NCBI RefSeq assembly: GCF_021869535.1
Contig: NW_026262700.1
Location: 806,001-870,000 of the forward strand
From: Mytilus californianus
Taxonomy: Eukaryota
Direction of reading: 5' to 3'
Length of the DNA stretch: 64,000 nt
The notes below the pieces were generated by a model. It saw nothing but the letters and a program-made list of their open reading frames with translations. It searched no databases and was not told the DNA's origin. The position numbers were made by a program, and so were the translations under genes. Positions 1 through 13,879 of the stretch are shown piece after piece. Every line of letters starts with the position of its first letter. Positions within the stretch are counted from its first letter, which is position 1.

Positions 1-1312
1 GGAACGACGATGTCTCTATAAACCCAGTTAATCCATGGGGTTAATGGCCATAAGGGTATACTGTGTACATGTGAAGTGACGTAAGGTAGTATTCTTTTTT
101 TATCTCAGAATAATCTTATTTGTCTTTTTGCTAGAATATCAGATATACCCAATAAAAGGTAGATAAACGACGTACAGCAGTTGTCGTTCTTTTTAATAGA
201 GAACGGATACAATAACGAAAAACATTAAAAATGGCAATCGGGCTTTGCATATCTGACTGCTAGTATACGCTATCGGATTTGCTCTTTGTTGAAGGCCGCG
301 TACCCTTACCTATAGTTGCTAACATATATGTCATTTGGATTCGTGTATAATAATCTCATTGGCAATCATTAAACATCATTGTATTGTATAGTGTAACGAA
401 GAACAATTACAGTTGTCTTTCTTTTTATGAAATATCGGATAAGCATAACGAATAGTTTTATTGAAAATCGAAGTGAAAAATTATATTAATCAATTATACA
501 CATATTAAAATTTCTCTATTAAAGAAACCACATTGGCTGCATTAGAATGTACTTTATATTTTAGAAACGACATAAATGTTGTATTTTGTCTGGGTTAAAC
601 CATCTTTTTTTAGTGGTTATTGACTTTGAACTGGCTTTCAGTAACTGGGAGTCCTCTAAGATCGGTGCATTGTGTCTTTGTGTCTTTTTTGTTAGTTGTT
701 TGGTTTGCTATGTATCGATCTGACGAGTCAATGCCTTTTCAATTGATTTGTATTGTCAGTTCTTATGTTTTGCTGTTACATCACTGTTTCGGGTTAGGGG
801 ACGGTTGGGCGCCTGCAAACATGCTTAACCCCGCCACATGATATTGTGCCTGTCTCGAGTCAGGAGCCTGTAATTAATTGGTTGTCGTTAGTTGCGATTG
901 ATCATATTTGTTTGTCGTTTTTTTTTTTGTACATTTTGTTCTAGTGTTGTTCTTTTCACCACTGTTCCAGGTTCGGGGAGGGTTGGGCGCCGCTAAAATT
1001 TATAACTCCGCCAAGGTCTGTATTATTAGCAATATAAACTAGTTATATCATATTGTCCGATATTAGTAGATTCAAGTGCATGTACACTAGTAATATGTAT
1101 TGGTTGTTGCTATCCTAGACTCCAATGGCAAATATGTCATGCATATAAAGTAAGACGGTTGCACTTTGTGGTCACATTAAAAAGATCACATTTTTATAAG
1201 TTTTTTTTTTTGGCCAGAAAGATAACAGATATAACCAACTTTACTTACAACTGTACTACAATAAAAACATAAGCATGCGCAATGACAGAAACAGATCTTA
1301 AATCTCAGATAC

Positions 1313-1643
1313 ATGAGGGTCTGGATTGGGTTTACAGAAGAAAAAATAATGGCCCCAAAAAATGATGAATAGGGAAAAAAACAAAGGATAAAGAATAATA
1401 TGATGCAAAAGTATAAAGAATAACTAGGGAAAATAAATGAAATTGATAAAACAATACTAATTACAGAAATGAATGATATACAGCATAAAGAAATCATTTT
1501 ATTATGGAACAAAATCAATAGTAAAATCATTTTCATTAGAATTTTGTAGCATGAGCGTTATTTTTAAAGATAAAGCAAAATGCCCTAAAAATTTAAAGAA
1601 TACAGAAATAAAGGACCCCTCCCCCTGCAATCCAGACCCTCAT
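1313..1643. mobile_element. MITE-like non-autonomous DNA element with terminal inverted repeats
   Basis: ATGAGGGTCTGGATT at 1313 is the exact reverse complement of AATCCAGACCCTCAT ending at 1643. Related copies at about 29042-29270, 30463-30585 (partial) and 63494-63725. Confidence 0.75.
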
Positions 1644-1959
1644 ACAATTTCATTTATAAACCTGTCCCTTTTAGGCCTAACACATGATATATATAGCCTA
1701 TAAGTTGTTGCTTTTTTTTGTGGTTTGTCGAACACACGTGTCTTCGTAAATCATGTACCTTCGTTTTGTCTGAATCATCAAGGTAACTTCAACGAAATGA
1801 TGTCCAATGAACCTTTATCCTTTTATTTTATCCTGTTTTGTATTTTGAGAAAAAGCTATAGAAGATTGAGAGAAACTACAAAAATAAAAAAAATCAGCAA
1901 TACGATATCTACAAAAAAGAGATTTTAGTCATCAATTATCTAGTCTACAATGTTACAGA

Positions 1960-2308
1960 GTGTCTATTTTGGAAGATGCACATATATGTAGGTGACCGAC
2001 ACTGGCTCTTTACAGTCTGTGTGAACCTGACCTAATCCAGGAACCTGATGTTCAGTGGCTGTTGTTTGTTGATGTGGTTCATAATTGTTTCTCGTTTCTC
2101 GTTTTTGATATAGATTAGACCGTTGGTTTTCCTGTTTGAATGGTTTTACACTAGTCATTTTTTAGGCCATTTATAGCTTGCTGTTCGGTGTGAGCCAAGG
2201 CTCCGTGTTGAAGGCCGTACTTTGAGCTATAATGGTTTACTTTTACAAATTGTGACTTGGATGAAGAGTTGTCTCATTGGTACTCATACCACATCTTCTT
2301 ATATCTAT
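1960..2308 (-). repeat. Interspersed SINE-like repeat (GTGGTATGAxTGCCAATGAGACAAC family), reverse orientation
   Basis: Reverse complement aligns by eye with the copies at 3044-3700, 7672-8130, 12236-12490, 36135-36300, 45895-46005 and 50800-51040. Confidence 0.75.
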
Positions 2309-2757
2309 CTAATTTAACGTGACAGGAATTGAAATTGCAGTCATGTTGTTGGGGTGTATTCAGTGCAAAAATAGGCACACTCAAATAAACCTTTCTACCA
2401 TTTCATTCGGGAGCTTTAACAACTGTATTTCTATATCAGATATGAGATACCAAACATCTGTGAAGAAATAAGGATCAAATTAGATTTGAAATCTAGGGAA
2501 AATTCGATCACGTACGAGACAAAGCGAGCGTAGCGAGATAAATTTATGTTTAGACAATTAACGACAAATATAGACAGGGACCATTTGACCATGTCTAGAT
2601 TGGGTTTTCAGAATAGAAACTAATGGGTACAAAAAGAAACCAAAGGAATAAGGGTTGCTTAATTTAAAGACTACAATGTAATAAGCAGAAACAAAATAAG
2701 ATAGAAAAATGGTTCCAACTGACCGCCGGTTTGTTGTAGGTAATTTCAGGGCTATAT

Positions 2758-3720
2758 CATAAAATTGAAAATGGAAATAGGGAATGTGTCAGAGACAACA
2801 ACTCGAGCAAAGAGCAGAAAACAGCCCAAGGCCACCAATGGGTCCTCAAAACAGCGAAAAAATCCTGCACTCGGAGGCGGGCTTCATCTGGCCCCTAAAC
2901 AAAAGTGTGTATTAGTACAGTGAAAATGGACGTCACACTAAACCCCGAAACATATAAATGAACTAAAATAAAAAAATCATTCAAGACTAACAAAGGCCTG
3001 AGGCTCCTGACTTGGGACAGGCGCAAAAATGTGGCGGGGTTAATAGATATAGGAAGATGTGGTATGAGTGCCAATGAGACAACTCTCCATCCAAGTTACA
3101 ATTTATAAAAGTAAACCATTATAGGTCAAGGTACGGCCTTCAACACGGAGTATTGGCTCACACCGAACAGCAAGCTATAAAGGCCCCCAAAAATTACTAG
3201 TGTAAAACCATTTAAACGGAAAAACCAACGGTGAAAATTGGACGTCACACTAAACCCCGAAACATATAAATGAACTAAAATTAAAAAATCATTCAAGACT
3301 AACAAAGGCCTGAGGCTCATGACTTGGGACAGGCGCAAAAATGTGGCGGGGTTAATAGATATAGGAAGATGTGGTATGAGTGCCAATGAGACAACTCTCC
3401 ATCCAAGTTACAATTTATAAAAGTAAACCATTATAGGTCAAGGTACGGCCTTCAACACGGAGTATTGGCTCACACCGAACAGTGAGCCTATATAAAAACG
3501 AGAAACGAGAAACACGTATGAACTACATAAACAGACGACAACTACTGTAATCAGATTCCTGACTTAGGACAGGTGCAAACATTTGCAGCTGGATTAAACG
3601 TTTTAATGGTACCAAACCTTCTCCCTTTTCTGAAACAATAGTATAACATCACAACATAGAATAACACACTATAAAAGATCAATTGGAAGGCTTAACTCAA
3701 TCAAAAAACGTAGGTTAACA
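2758..3720 (+). repeat. Composite interspersed repeats containing a near-identical direct duplication of about 250 bp (period about 311 bp)
   Basis: GTGAAAAT(T)GGACGTCACAC...CACACCGAACAG occurs at 2920-3170 and again at 3231-3482. Confidence 0.8.
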
Positions 3721-4427
3721 CACAATGAACGAATAAATTTGACCTGTGACACCTGAATGCAAATACACAGTTAATAAAAAATTACAAGGGATAAATAATT
3801 AAAGTCAAACGTAAATAAACAGGTTTAAACAAAGTTAAAGTATGATATCACTGTGAAATATCAAACAAAACATGTTTTGTGAGATCTCAACCATCCCCTA
3901 TACCTCATGCAGACTCAAATCGTCTCGCTTCTGGAGCTTATGAATATGCGATTAGCTATATATCAATACATGTATCAAACGTTTTATTGACAACCATTAG
4001 TAGTTGATTTTAGTAACAAATGATAGAAGATAACAGTTTATCAAACATGGAAAAATTTCAAGAAAATCGAATAAAAAATTACCTCCCTAAATTTTTTGAA
4101 ATCTAAGATTCTATTCGAAATGTTAATGTTCATTTTCGGGTTAGTTATATCGTTACATTGATGTATCTATGCTCTTTACTTTAACACGTATATGTGTACG
4201 GCGTATTGCTGTAGCAGTTTTTTTTTTTCAAATGAGAAAAAGCTAACAGTAGAATATCAGACCATCAACATCGCTACATTTAATACTGTTTACAAAAATA
4301 TCTCCTTATCATTATTTTACAAGACATTCCTTTCAATAACTTACGTTATGAAATGATATTAAATAAGATTCAATAAAAGTACGAAGTTCGTCAAAGATAA
4401 AGAACGTCTTTCCAAGTTCAATGCTTT

Positions 4428-4797
4428 TCATTTTCTGTAAACGTTGAAAAAAGAAATGTTCTTTTGTTTATATTCCTTCTCCTTATCTTTACTTCTTTCG
4501 CTTTGTATTTCTGTTTGCATAGTTTTTATTTCTTCGTTTTTCTTTTTGTCTGTTTCTCTGATCTTTTTCAATAAAGCTTCTAGTTTTTCTTTCCATTCAC
4601 GTTCTTCTCTTTCAAGTCTACGTTGAAAATTTTCACTACGTTCCGATTTTACTCTTTCTATCTCTTTAAATTTTATTTCATTTTTTTCTTTTTCAGATTT
4701 TCTTCTCTTCAGCATATTGTCTATACGATATTTTTGTGAAATATTTTCATCTTTGATTTCTTTATCTTTTCGAAGTGATCTTCTTAGGGAAGTCTCT
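4428..4797 (-). CDS. RING/coiled-coil gene 1, coding exon 3 (18-residue repeat coiled coil, to stop)
   Basis: Acceptor ttattttag|A at 4797. Phase 2 joins ...KF-AG|A-ETSLRRS... into ORF MLKRRKSEKEK...; stop at 4428. Confidence 0.75.
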
Positions 4798-5036
4798 CTA
4801 AAATAATAAAAAAATGAATAAAAATTTTAAAATACGAACATTTATAATTCATATCGTTTATATTGTATTGAACTATAATAAGATTTGTTTGTACAGCAGT
4901 TATTCTCTTGCTCGTATGATATCTTTTCAGTTCGCACATTTCTCATGTGAAAAGTGTCAGCTATTACTATTACAATTGCTATTGCTTTGGACTAATATGT
5001 CGGTGTTGGCTAAACTGAAACAATATCTTTGCATAC

Positions 5037-5657
5037 CTGAACTTTTCTTTGGTTAAATCTAGACTTTTAACTCTTCGTTTATTGTTTTCTATTTCTTTAA
5101 GTTTCCTTATCTCCACTTCCTTGATTCTATGAAGCATGCGCATGTCTTCCTCTTCAATGTGGCGTTTTAAATTCATAAAACGACGCTTGACATGTTCTCC
5201 TTTTTTCAACTTTTGCCATTCATCTTCTATGATACGTTTGTATATTTTTTCGAGCTTAGCATGACTTTGTAAATCGAGTTTCTGAATATTTTGGGACAGG
5301 GCGGTGTTTTGTTTCGTGATTGAATGTTCAGTTTTTCGTGACCGTTCACTTTGCCGAGATCGATTCGTATCCATTCCCAGACTACGATATGCATCTCTTC
5401 TATTTCTTTCCACATATACAGTATGCAAATGTGTTTCCAAGTTCGCCAGCGGCCCAGTCCAAAAACATTTTTTCCATTCACATCGTACAATTTTCTGGTT
5501 TATACGATCTTCTAACTCGACATTCTCACGGTAAAGTCCATCCACTCGGCACATTGGACAGGAACCATGAGAAGCTTGGTAACTCCATCTTGTTATGCAG
5601 AAATGACAAAACTGGTGACCATTTTGACACTCATGGGGCTGCCGTAAGATGTGACAA
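5037..5657 (-). CDS. RING/coiled-coil gene 1, coding exon 2 (rest of RING-HC, TRAF/SIAH-like zinc finger, coiled coil)
   Basis: Acceptor ttcttgtag|T at 5657, donor cag|gtatgc at 5037. Encodes CHILRQPHECQNGHQFCHFCITRWSYQASHGSCPMC and VRCEWKKCFWTGPLANLETHL. Confidence 0.85.
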
Positions 5658-6427
5658 CTACAAGAATTATCATCTATATTAATAACACATTACGCTACGT
5701 TGAAATATATATTATTTTCCTCTTTTATTGCAGATCAATACATAATTTTATACTTTTTACTACATTTGACGCATGTATTATTTCTCATAGGGAATACATT
5801 ATTATTAACACGTTTGATTACAATTGGACCAGTGGTTCCATTTCAAAATATGACAATGTATGTAAGTTTAATGATGACAATGGACACCCAGTGATGCAAA
5901 TAGCTCACGATACCTTTCCGATGAACTAAGCTTGCAAACGATGCTTATATGTGAAAATGTGTTTTTTCGGTATAGAAATATATATTCTTTAAAAAAATAA
6001 TTTAGTTTGTCAACAGACTTATCTCCTATGTAAGCACATGGTTGAACAGTTGAACGGATTGGATGTTGCGGTATTTATGTTCAATAGTTGCAAAGAAAAT
6101 ATTGTGATATCTTGAAGCGCGATATAGACGTGGTCATAACGGGCTACAGTAAGCTAAACGGTATGAGTTTTTTTTTCTCGTTGTTGAAGGCCATACGGTG
6201 ACCCATATTTGCTCATACCCACGTTTTTTAACTCCCGTGGATAGTTGGCTCATTAGCATTCATAGCACATCTCCATTTTTTTCATATATAGATAGGCAGA
6301 ATTTTCTTTCTAAATCGCTTTACTCCTATCGATATAACCAAACAAATATTTTACAACTTAGAGTAAAAAATGGCATCTAATTTTAAATTCTAAACAATTA
6401 GAAAAATAAATTAATGGCATTACAAAC

Positions 6428-6507
6428 CATATTGAACACGTGAACTCTTCCTTCTCCTCTTCTGTAAGGTTGAAAAATAAATTCTCCCTATAGCCAACCG
6501 ATGCCAT
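6428..6507 (-). CDS. RING/coiled-coil gene 1, coding exon 1 (spliced product about 356 aa, putative E3 ubiquitin ligase)
   Basis: ATG at 6507, MASVGYRENLFFNLTEEEKEEFTCSI-TG|gtttgt. Splicing to 5657 completes C-x2-C-x9-C-x3-H-x2-C-x2-C-x12-C-x2-C (C3HC4). Confidence 0.85.
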
Positions 6508-6859
6508 AATTGTTTGACTACACGGTACTCGAAATCTTTGTCAGCATTTCTATAATTTTCCCAGGTGTATTTTGTTCGATCTGTCTAATTATGTTTGTCA
6601 ATATTTACACAAGTAATAATTAGCGTTAAAACATGAAATTCAAAAGAGTAATTGATAAGTTAAAGATTGATTTTCAAATTTTCATTTCAATGAAAACAAT
6701 AGCAAACGTAATTATCAATAATTATTGATGTTTTAAAAGTTTGGGAAGTGAGACAATGATTAAATCCTTGTCGCTTTTTAACTGTAGTCTTGTTCTTCAA
6801 TTACCGTTGTTTAAAAAGGTGTATACTCACATCTAAGTGCAATTTAGTTAAAAAATATA

Positions 6860-7420
6860 GATTCCACCACTGCAACAGGTCACCCGTGTGTTTTGATATT
6901 TCTCCACTCGAGACAATTGAATTTTAATGTTTAAAGCGCGAGGCTTGCCGAGCTTTTTAAATAATTAAAATTTGGCTGTTGTAAGTGGGGAAATATTGTA
7001 ATACACGAGTTATAGTGGGGGAATCTGTTTCTCTAAAGATTTTTATCATTCTTTTTTAAAGATTTACAGAAAGTTGTGGTAGTGTTCTTTATATATGTGA
7101 CGTCAACAAGCACGGTCACCTTTTTTCATGACGTCAAAATCGGAAAATCAGAAGAAACCAGAAAATTTGACACCATAATTAAATTTCGACCAATCATTTG
7201 CCGAGAACAGATATTTCACTAGTGAGAAGAACATTTTTTTTCACAATCGGTTGGGCAATGTGAAAATAGTAAAAAAGAGATAGAAAAAAAAAAACGATCT
7301 CGCAGCGCACCTGTTTTTTGATATGCTTTATTGGTGCGAAAAATCAGAAAAAAAGGGTGCAATGCGAGATCGGGTTTGAGTAGATATGAAAAATCCGCAT
7401 ATTCATAGTATTTGTTCATT
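6860..7420. repeat. Probable interspersed repeat with an internal hairpin
   Basis: Imperfect inverted arms around GCGAGGCTTGCCGAGC (about 6946-6962). The core is the near reverse complement of CTCGGCGAGCCTCGC at about 62841. Confidence 0.4.
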
Positions 7421-7671
7421 ATGTTTTATAACTGATATTTCGAATTCTCCCGGTCGTTAATTAACCCCCCTGCTCTCAACGTTCGGAATGTACAAATACA
7501 CAACAACTTCTGATCAGAATAGGGTCGTTAAATACGATTATTATTCTCATCTATAAACTATTACCGTTGGATTGAACTAGTTTTTCATAATTGTGAGTAC
7601 TCTGAGATCGGTTAGGTATGTTCTATATAGTTGTGTGTATCTGGTACCGATCTTAGGGGTCTATATAAAGA

Positions 7672-8130
7672 TAAGGAGATGTGATACGATTGCCAATGAG
7701 ACAACTACATGTATCCACCAAGGTTCAAATGAAGTGGACGTAAGTAATTATAGGCAATCAAACGGCCTTCAACAACGAGAAAAAATCCAGACCGTACGGT
7801 CGGCTTTAAACGGCCCCGACAAGAAAAATATGAAACAATTCAATTGAGAAAAATAACGGCCTAATTTATAACAAAACGATTTAAGAAAAAACAAAAATGA
7901 CAGACATGAACCAACTACAACCATTGAACTACATGCTTCCGACTTGGGACAGGCCCATACATAATGTGACGGGGTTGTACAGGTTTGTAAGAGCTCAACC
8001 CTCCAATAGCCTGGGACAGTGATATATAACAGTACAGCATAAGAACAAATTATAAAAAAATTATTTGAAAAGGATTGACTTATCAGATGGAAACAAGTAG
8101 AAATGCATCTAACAAAAACACACAGTTGAC
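7672..8130 (+). repeat. Interspersed SINE-like repeat (same family as 1960-2308)
   Basis: AAGGAGATGTGATACGATTGCCAATGAGACAAC...ACGGCCTTCAACAA...GACTTGGGACAGGC. Confidence 0.7.
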
Positions 8131-8399
8131 GTGAATATACATGACAGTTGTATACCATTTTCTCTCATATTAATAATTGTGTTCTAATTAAGAACTGTAA
8201 CACCACTGTTCAGATTTGGAGAAGGTCTTTCGATCAATGTCATGATTTTCACAGCCATCTTCATTACGTGTTTTTTTTCTAAATAAAGAGCCAGTACTAA
8301 TGGTTGATGCTGGTTACACTTTCAACCATAATTGTTTGTGATAAGTGTTATTAGAAAATAACAAGCCATTAGTTTTCCGTTTTGATTTGATTCATATTC

Positions 8400-8812
8400 T
8401 GTTTTGAAAGCTTTCAATATTTTTTGTGAAGGCTCAATGTTGGATAACTTTTGCTTTTGAAAGCTTTCAATACTTTTTGTGTAAGCTTAATGTTGAATAA
8501 CTTTTGCTGTGAAAGTTTTCAATATTTTTTGTGTAGGCTCAATGTTGAATAACGTTTGCTTTTGAAAGCTTTCAATACTTTTTGTGAAGGCTCGATGTTG
8601 AATAATTTTCACTTTGAAAGCTTTTAATACTTTTTGTGTAGGCTCAATGTTGAATAACTTTGAAAGCTTTCAATACTTTAAGTGATATCTCAATGTTGAA
8701 TAATTTTCGCTTTGAAAGCTGTAAATACTTTTTTTGTAGGTTCAATGTTAAATAACGTTTGCTTTGAAAGCTTTCAATACATTTTTTTGTGTGGGCTTAA
8801 TGTTGAATAACT
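8400..8812. repeat. Tandem minisatellite, unit about 52 bp, about 8 copies
   Basis: Recurring TTTGAAAGCTTTCAATACTTTTTGTGTAGGCTCAATGTTGAATAAC. Confidence 0.9.
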
Positions 8813-9388
8813 GTGACATGTAGTTGTTTACATCTCTCTCTCCAGACTTTGGAGAAAATTTATCTCATTTGCAGTCATAACATATCTCCTTATTTTCGTT
8901 TTGGAAAAAAAATGTTAAAAGTCAGGTTACCAGATTTTAAACATGAGCACACATGTATATCGCGTTTCAAATACTATTGAAACCTAATTGTTTATTACAT
9001 ATTATATATTACTAAATTAATTGCCATTTTTGAAATTGACGTTTTGTGGAGCTGTTTTGCAACGTTTCCGTAGATTTTATTTTTCCTCTGGATATTTAAT
9101 CTGCTGATAGAAAATGAGACCGTTTTGTGTTTATTTTGATATATTTATCTATGTTCAAAGATGTGCATAATTGCAAATTTAAAGAATACAAATGATTAAG
9201 GCGGGGAATTACGATAGAGCTGATATAAAAATATAAGAAACTTTTACATCTTTCGTTTTTATTAAAGTATTGATATATAATAAGTTGATTAGAATCAGAT
9301 ATTAGAATTTCGTTCAAGTATTAAATAACCATAATATTGAATTTGCTTTTGATATATGATGTTTTCCGTTTATACATTTAATGTCTGC

Positions 9389-10697
9389 TCAACGAATAAA
9401 GGTTGACGATTTATCAGATATATTGCCCATTAGTTTTTTGAAAGCGTCCTTGATTCTCTGTTGTTCTCGTTCTTTTGCTTCCAATTCAAATTTCAGTAAA
9501 GTCTTTGCTTTCTGTGACATTTCGGCTTCAACTTCCGGTTCCGGCTCTTTGTCGCTGATATTTTGTTTGAGTTCCTTTTTCTTCTCTCTGATATCTTGTA
9601 TCGCATCAATCATTTTATCCGTTGCCAATTCTTTCTTACTAGACATATTTCTTATTCTTTTCCACATATTTTCGTCTTCTTTCAACTTTTCCTCGTGCAA
9701 AACCCGTTGTTTTCTGAAAAATGCTAGCTTATCTTTTTCGGCTTTTAATTTAACATCGGCAATGTTTTCATGCATGTCTGATCCTAAGCCACCTTTTGAT
9801 GTTGATACGTTTGATATTCGTGATTTTAAGTTTGATATATATTCTTGTTTCCATTTTTCATCGTTTTGTCTGTGCAAAGAAAATATTTTTCTCCTTCTTT
9901 CGATTTCTTGCTTAAATTTTTCATTTCGCTGACGAAGCATCTCTCTCTGTTTAATTTTCTCACGTTCAAGGTTATTTATTCGTTCTGCAAGGAATACTGC
10001 ATCCTGTTCAAATTGGCGCTCTACACTGCGAAAGTGATGCAACGAATTTTCAAGTTTTTGTTGTCTGTTTCTGTCAATTATGTGCATGGCATGTTCTGCA
10101 TTGACGCTTGCTATGGTTTTCTGTCGTTCAAGTTCATGGACACGTTTTTCCATTGCTTCGACTTGTTCTTTATTTTTCTCTTCTCTAAATTTATTTTCTT
10201 TTTTTATTGCATTTAATTTCCTAATTGCGGATTCCATTAGCTGCTTTTCTCTCTCAAGAGCTTCATTTCGTTCCTTTTCCCTCGCTCTATGTGTACGCGT
10301 TTGAACATTCTGAATCCTTGTTGAAAGAAATTTCATTCTTTCGGCCATATCTTTCTCCATTTTCCTTATTTTCCTACTCGCTGCTTCATTACTATCTCTT
10401 TTTCTTTTTTCTAATTGGTTAATCCTCAAAGACAGAGAACTTGTATTATGTTGCTTATATCTTTCCAATCTTTTTGCACGATCTGCTAATAACTTTTTAT
10501 CTCTTTCCTCCCGTCTGGTTTTCTCAAAAGTACGATTTTTGTCTTTCCGAAATTCCTCGTCCTTTTTAATAAAATCATCAATAAGGACCAATAATGCTAA
10601 CCTATTCTTTGTTCCTATTTGCTTCCATTGTCTCTCATTTTCATGCAAAGATCGCTGTAAAAACATCGATTGTGCTTTCTTGCTTTGATGGCAAAGC
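9389..10697 (-). CDS. Large coiled-coil exon CC-A (K/E/R-rich, 18-residue repeats)
   Basis: 451-codon open frame in the ORF track; acceptor tttccctttTAG|G at 10697 (phase 2); first in-exon ATG at 10666. 18-aa register: LRINQLEKRKRDSNEAAS/RKIRKMEKDMAERMKFLS/TRIQNVQ. Confidence 0.75.
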
Positions 10698-12909
10698 CTA
10701 AAAGGGAAATATTTGATTAGATATATATATGTTGTGTATATCACTGTTTAGTTTCGACAACATTTATAACATGGAGGACAATGCTTAATGTTAGCTTGAA
10801 GTATATAAATTTGTGAGTAAAAAATCAAACTGGATAATTACTGAAAATAAACTTGAATCACCTGGTGAAAGAAGGTGTGCGTCAAAATACTGATATCTGG
10901 TACAAAAACCCTGTACAAATTATAATTTGTACGCAGTTACAACTTGTACATAACATATACATTGTTTATTTGAAAATGTTGTCTTTAGTTCGCTCATATT
11001 TATATTAACTTATATGAATAGTTACGTAAACAACATATATTCTGAACTTACATTTTATAGAATAAAAACAGTATCAACTACCAATCTATCTTAACTCACG
11101 TGCTCGTATATATGAGGACAACAAAATCGGAAATATATATTTAATTAGATTTTATGAACTACCATTATTTACTCAATGTCCAGCGGCAGATGTTTCATTG
11201 AATTTCAGAACGATATTTAAGTATCAATAAATTCAAAAGATAAGTAATAAATTGAATGTCCCTCTGGTATCTTTCGTCCCTCTTTTATAAAAAAAGAAGA
11301 CCGACTTTTCCATACATTTTTACCATATATAATGATAATAATTATGTTTTCACATGACAATTGTCGTTTTATGCGCATAAGATGGGATTATTTAACATTC
11401 TTAAAAATATCGTACAAAACACTCGGTAAAAACTTTAACCAAAAATGAAATGATTCAAATTGCAGACAGTTGCATTTTTAAAGCAGGAAAAATTAGATAA
11501 CACAACTTAACGATAAAGACAAAAAGTTAAAAAAAATCTAGTAAAACTTACCCTAATCTTAAAGATCTACTAAGTATGTAAATGACAGTCCGTGTGATTG
11601 TTTATTAATTTTAAGGTGTACAAAACACGTTTGTAATTATATTTTGTCCTTTTGTCGTAACTCAGGTCTTTTGTATATTATATTTGTTGTTTTTAAATTG
11701 AATATGTTAATGAGAAATTAAAAAAATCAAAGAACGTATTGTTTTCAAATCAAATATCTTAATAAGAATAAGAACAGTTGATTCAAATAAGCATCTGTAT
11801 CAAACCGATATTTTATCTTAAAATTTTTAATTATTCATGTCGCTATTTGTACCACCTGCCATGTTTGTTTTGTTTGTTGCTGAAATCAATAGGTATGATT
11901 TTACGTCTTAGTTTACTCTCTTTAGAAAACTTTGTTTTAAAGTCATCAATTTAGCGGAATATGTTACAGATCATATTTGAATGCTTGAAAGGGTGAAAAC
12001 TATATACTCCTGGGAACCTAGTTTGTTTTGAAACATTAGTATTCAAATAAAATCTTAATTTACCTATCTTATTCAGTTGAGCAATTTTATGATTTTTTAA
12101 ATGTCAGTTTTATCAAAGAAATTGATACAAAGTTAAATTTTAGTAGTTCTACAATTTTGTACTTGTATAAGAAAAACACATAGTACGAAAATGATTAAGT
12201 AGTAAAAAAAATATATATTTAATATTAAAAAAAGATGTGGTATGATTGGCAATGAGAAAACTCTTCACAAGACCAAATGATACCGAAATTAACAATTTAA
12301 GTTGATCGTAAGGCATTCAACAATTAGCAAAGCTTATACGGCATAGTCGGCTATAAAAGGCCCCGGAATACGAAACGTAAAACAATTCAAACGAGAAAAT
12401 AATATACAAAATTAACGAACAACAAATATGTAAGACAGCAACAAACGACAACCACTGAATTGCAGGCTCCTCATATGGGACATGCACATACATGTACATA
12501 CACAATGTTATATATAGCTACAAAAAATATTACAGTTTATCCCATTTCTTGATATTTTGAAAACTCATATTGTACATATTACGAAATATGTGAATGATGA
12601 TTTCTTTTGTGAAGAAAAATATTTATCAAATTGTTTACATTTTCAATTTGACAATAGTTCATCACCATAAATAAAGTGATCTATACTAATATTCTGTAGT
12701 AAAACAAAACTCTTACAAACGAAATTATCATAATTATTTCCCTTGATGTGATTTAATTGAGTATATGCGTTTGTAAATGTAGTTATTCACTTAAATCAGT
12801 AAAGTATGCGATAAATTGAGCTTCTTCTCGTTTTGTTACTTACAATGTGTTCAATTTACACGTTTCTCTATCATTATGTAAGAATAAATGTTAAATCATT
12901 ACACATTAT

Positions 12910-12965
12910 ATGTTAATATATTTGCTGGTTTCTATATGTGTATTCGTAATGTATACATATATAAA
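12910..12965 (+). promoter_or_regulatory. Putative type-3 Pol III promoter of ncRNA-1 (PSE-like motif plus TATA)
   Basis: ATGTTAATATA at 12910 (about -79) and TATATAAA at 12958-12965 (about -31) relative to the stem start at 12989; same spacing at the two paralogues. Confidence 0.6.
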
Positions 12966-12988
12966 CATATCCAAAGCATGTTTCAATT

Positions 12989-13261
12989 GGAGATTGAAAG
13001 AACTGTGTCTACAGAGCGGTTACTTGGATGTGTTGGTGTTTAACAAAACGTTTAGCAAAACGTTTATTACACTACGATACACATGTGTACTGAAATTGAA
13101 AGGCGACAAGGCAACTTTCAACATTAAGCAGAGAAATACATATATGTCTCCGATCAAAGGTACATTGCAACTACAAGCAGACGTATGCTACAGTTATAAG
13201 ACAGTGAATGCCAAAGCTTCGCAAGGTCATACTGAGACACGGTGATTTCAAATCTTCTTTT
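12989..13261 (+). ncRNA. Putative structured ncRNA-1 (about 270 nt), unidentified family
   Basis: 5' arm GGAGATTGAAAGAACTGTGTCT (12989-13010) pairs with 3' arm AGACACGGTGATTTCAAATCTTC (13235-13257), including G-U pairs; TTTT at 13258-13261; internal hairpins such as TTGAAAG 13096 / CTTTCAA 13115. Confidence 0.65.
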
Positions 13262-13879
13262 ATTTCGGGAAAAAAACGTGATGAAATTTAAACAAATGTA
13301 TATAGTTCTATACATTTAACCATACAGTTATATGACATTCTTATACAATACTAGTTGATCCTTTATGTAGTTACTGTTGTTTTGTATAATAAAAAAGGCA
13401 ACTTATGCCCAACTATATTTTCAAACTCTATTTCTCCGTCCAAACATGTTTCGAAACGATAGTATGTTTTATACACTACATGTACGTTAACGGATATCAT
13501 TTCTGTTTATTTATTTTATATATGAATGTCATTGCGGAAATGAAAACACACATTACTATTTTCGATTGCGAGATGTTATAAGTACTACAACTGTTCTATA
13601 TATGGATTGATACGTATCAATAGAGATGACAAGGATATTGTGTATAATGACGAACTAACTAACGAAAGCTTAATATGACGAATTGTACGAAACGGGAGCT
13701 GCTAATGAATACATTGGACACACAAACTCTGATTTAAATTTAGTAATTTTCATCGTTTGCATGTAGTTTAAAGAAGATAATACCTATATCTATATATGAT
13801 TCCTCACATAAATAGTTCAATGTTTTCCACAATAGCAAATGATGCACTTGATATCCCAGACTTTTTTTGACAATATATT

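Noticed and set aside
1-90. Possible exon ending at a GT near position 86
   Set aside because: All three plus frames contain stops and nothing is recognisable.
5651-5929. Plus-strand ORF with exon-like AG/GT sites
   Set aside because: It lies in intron 1 of RING gene 1 on the opposite strand, with no recognisable domain or partner exon.
12910-13245. 111-aa plus-strand ORF with a signal-peptide-like start
   Set aside because: It overlaps the putative promoter and ncRNA-1. The homologous frames in copies 2 and 3 are interrupted by stops while spacing and base pairing are conserved.
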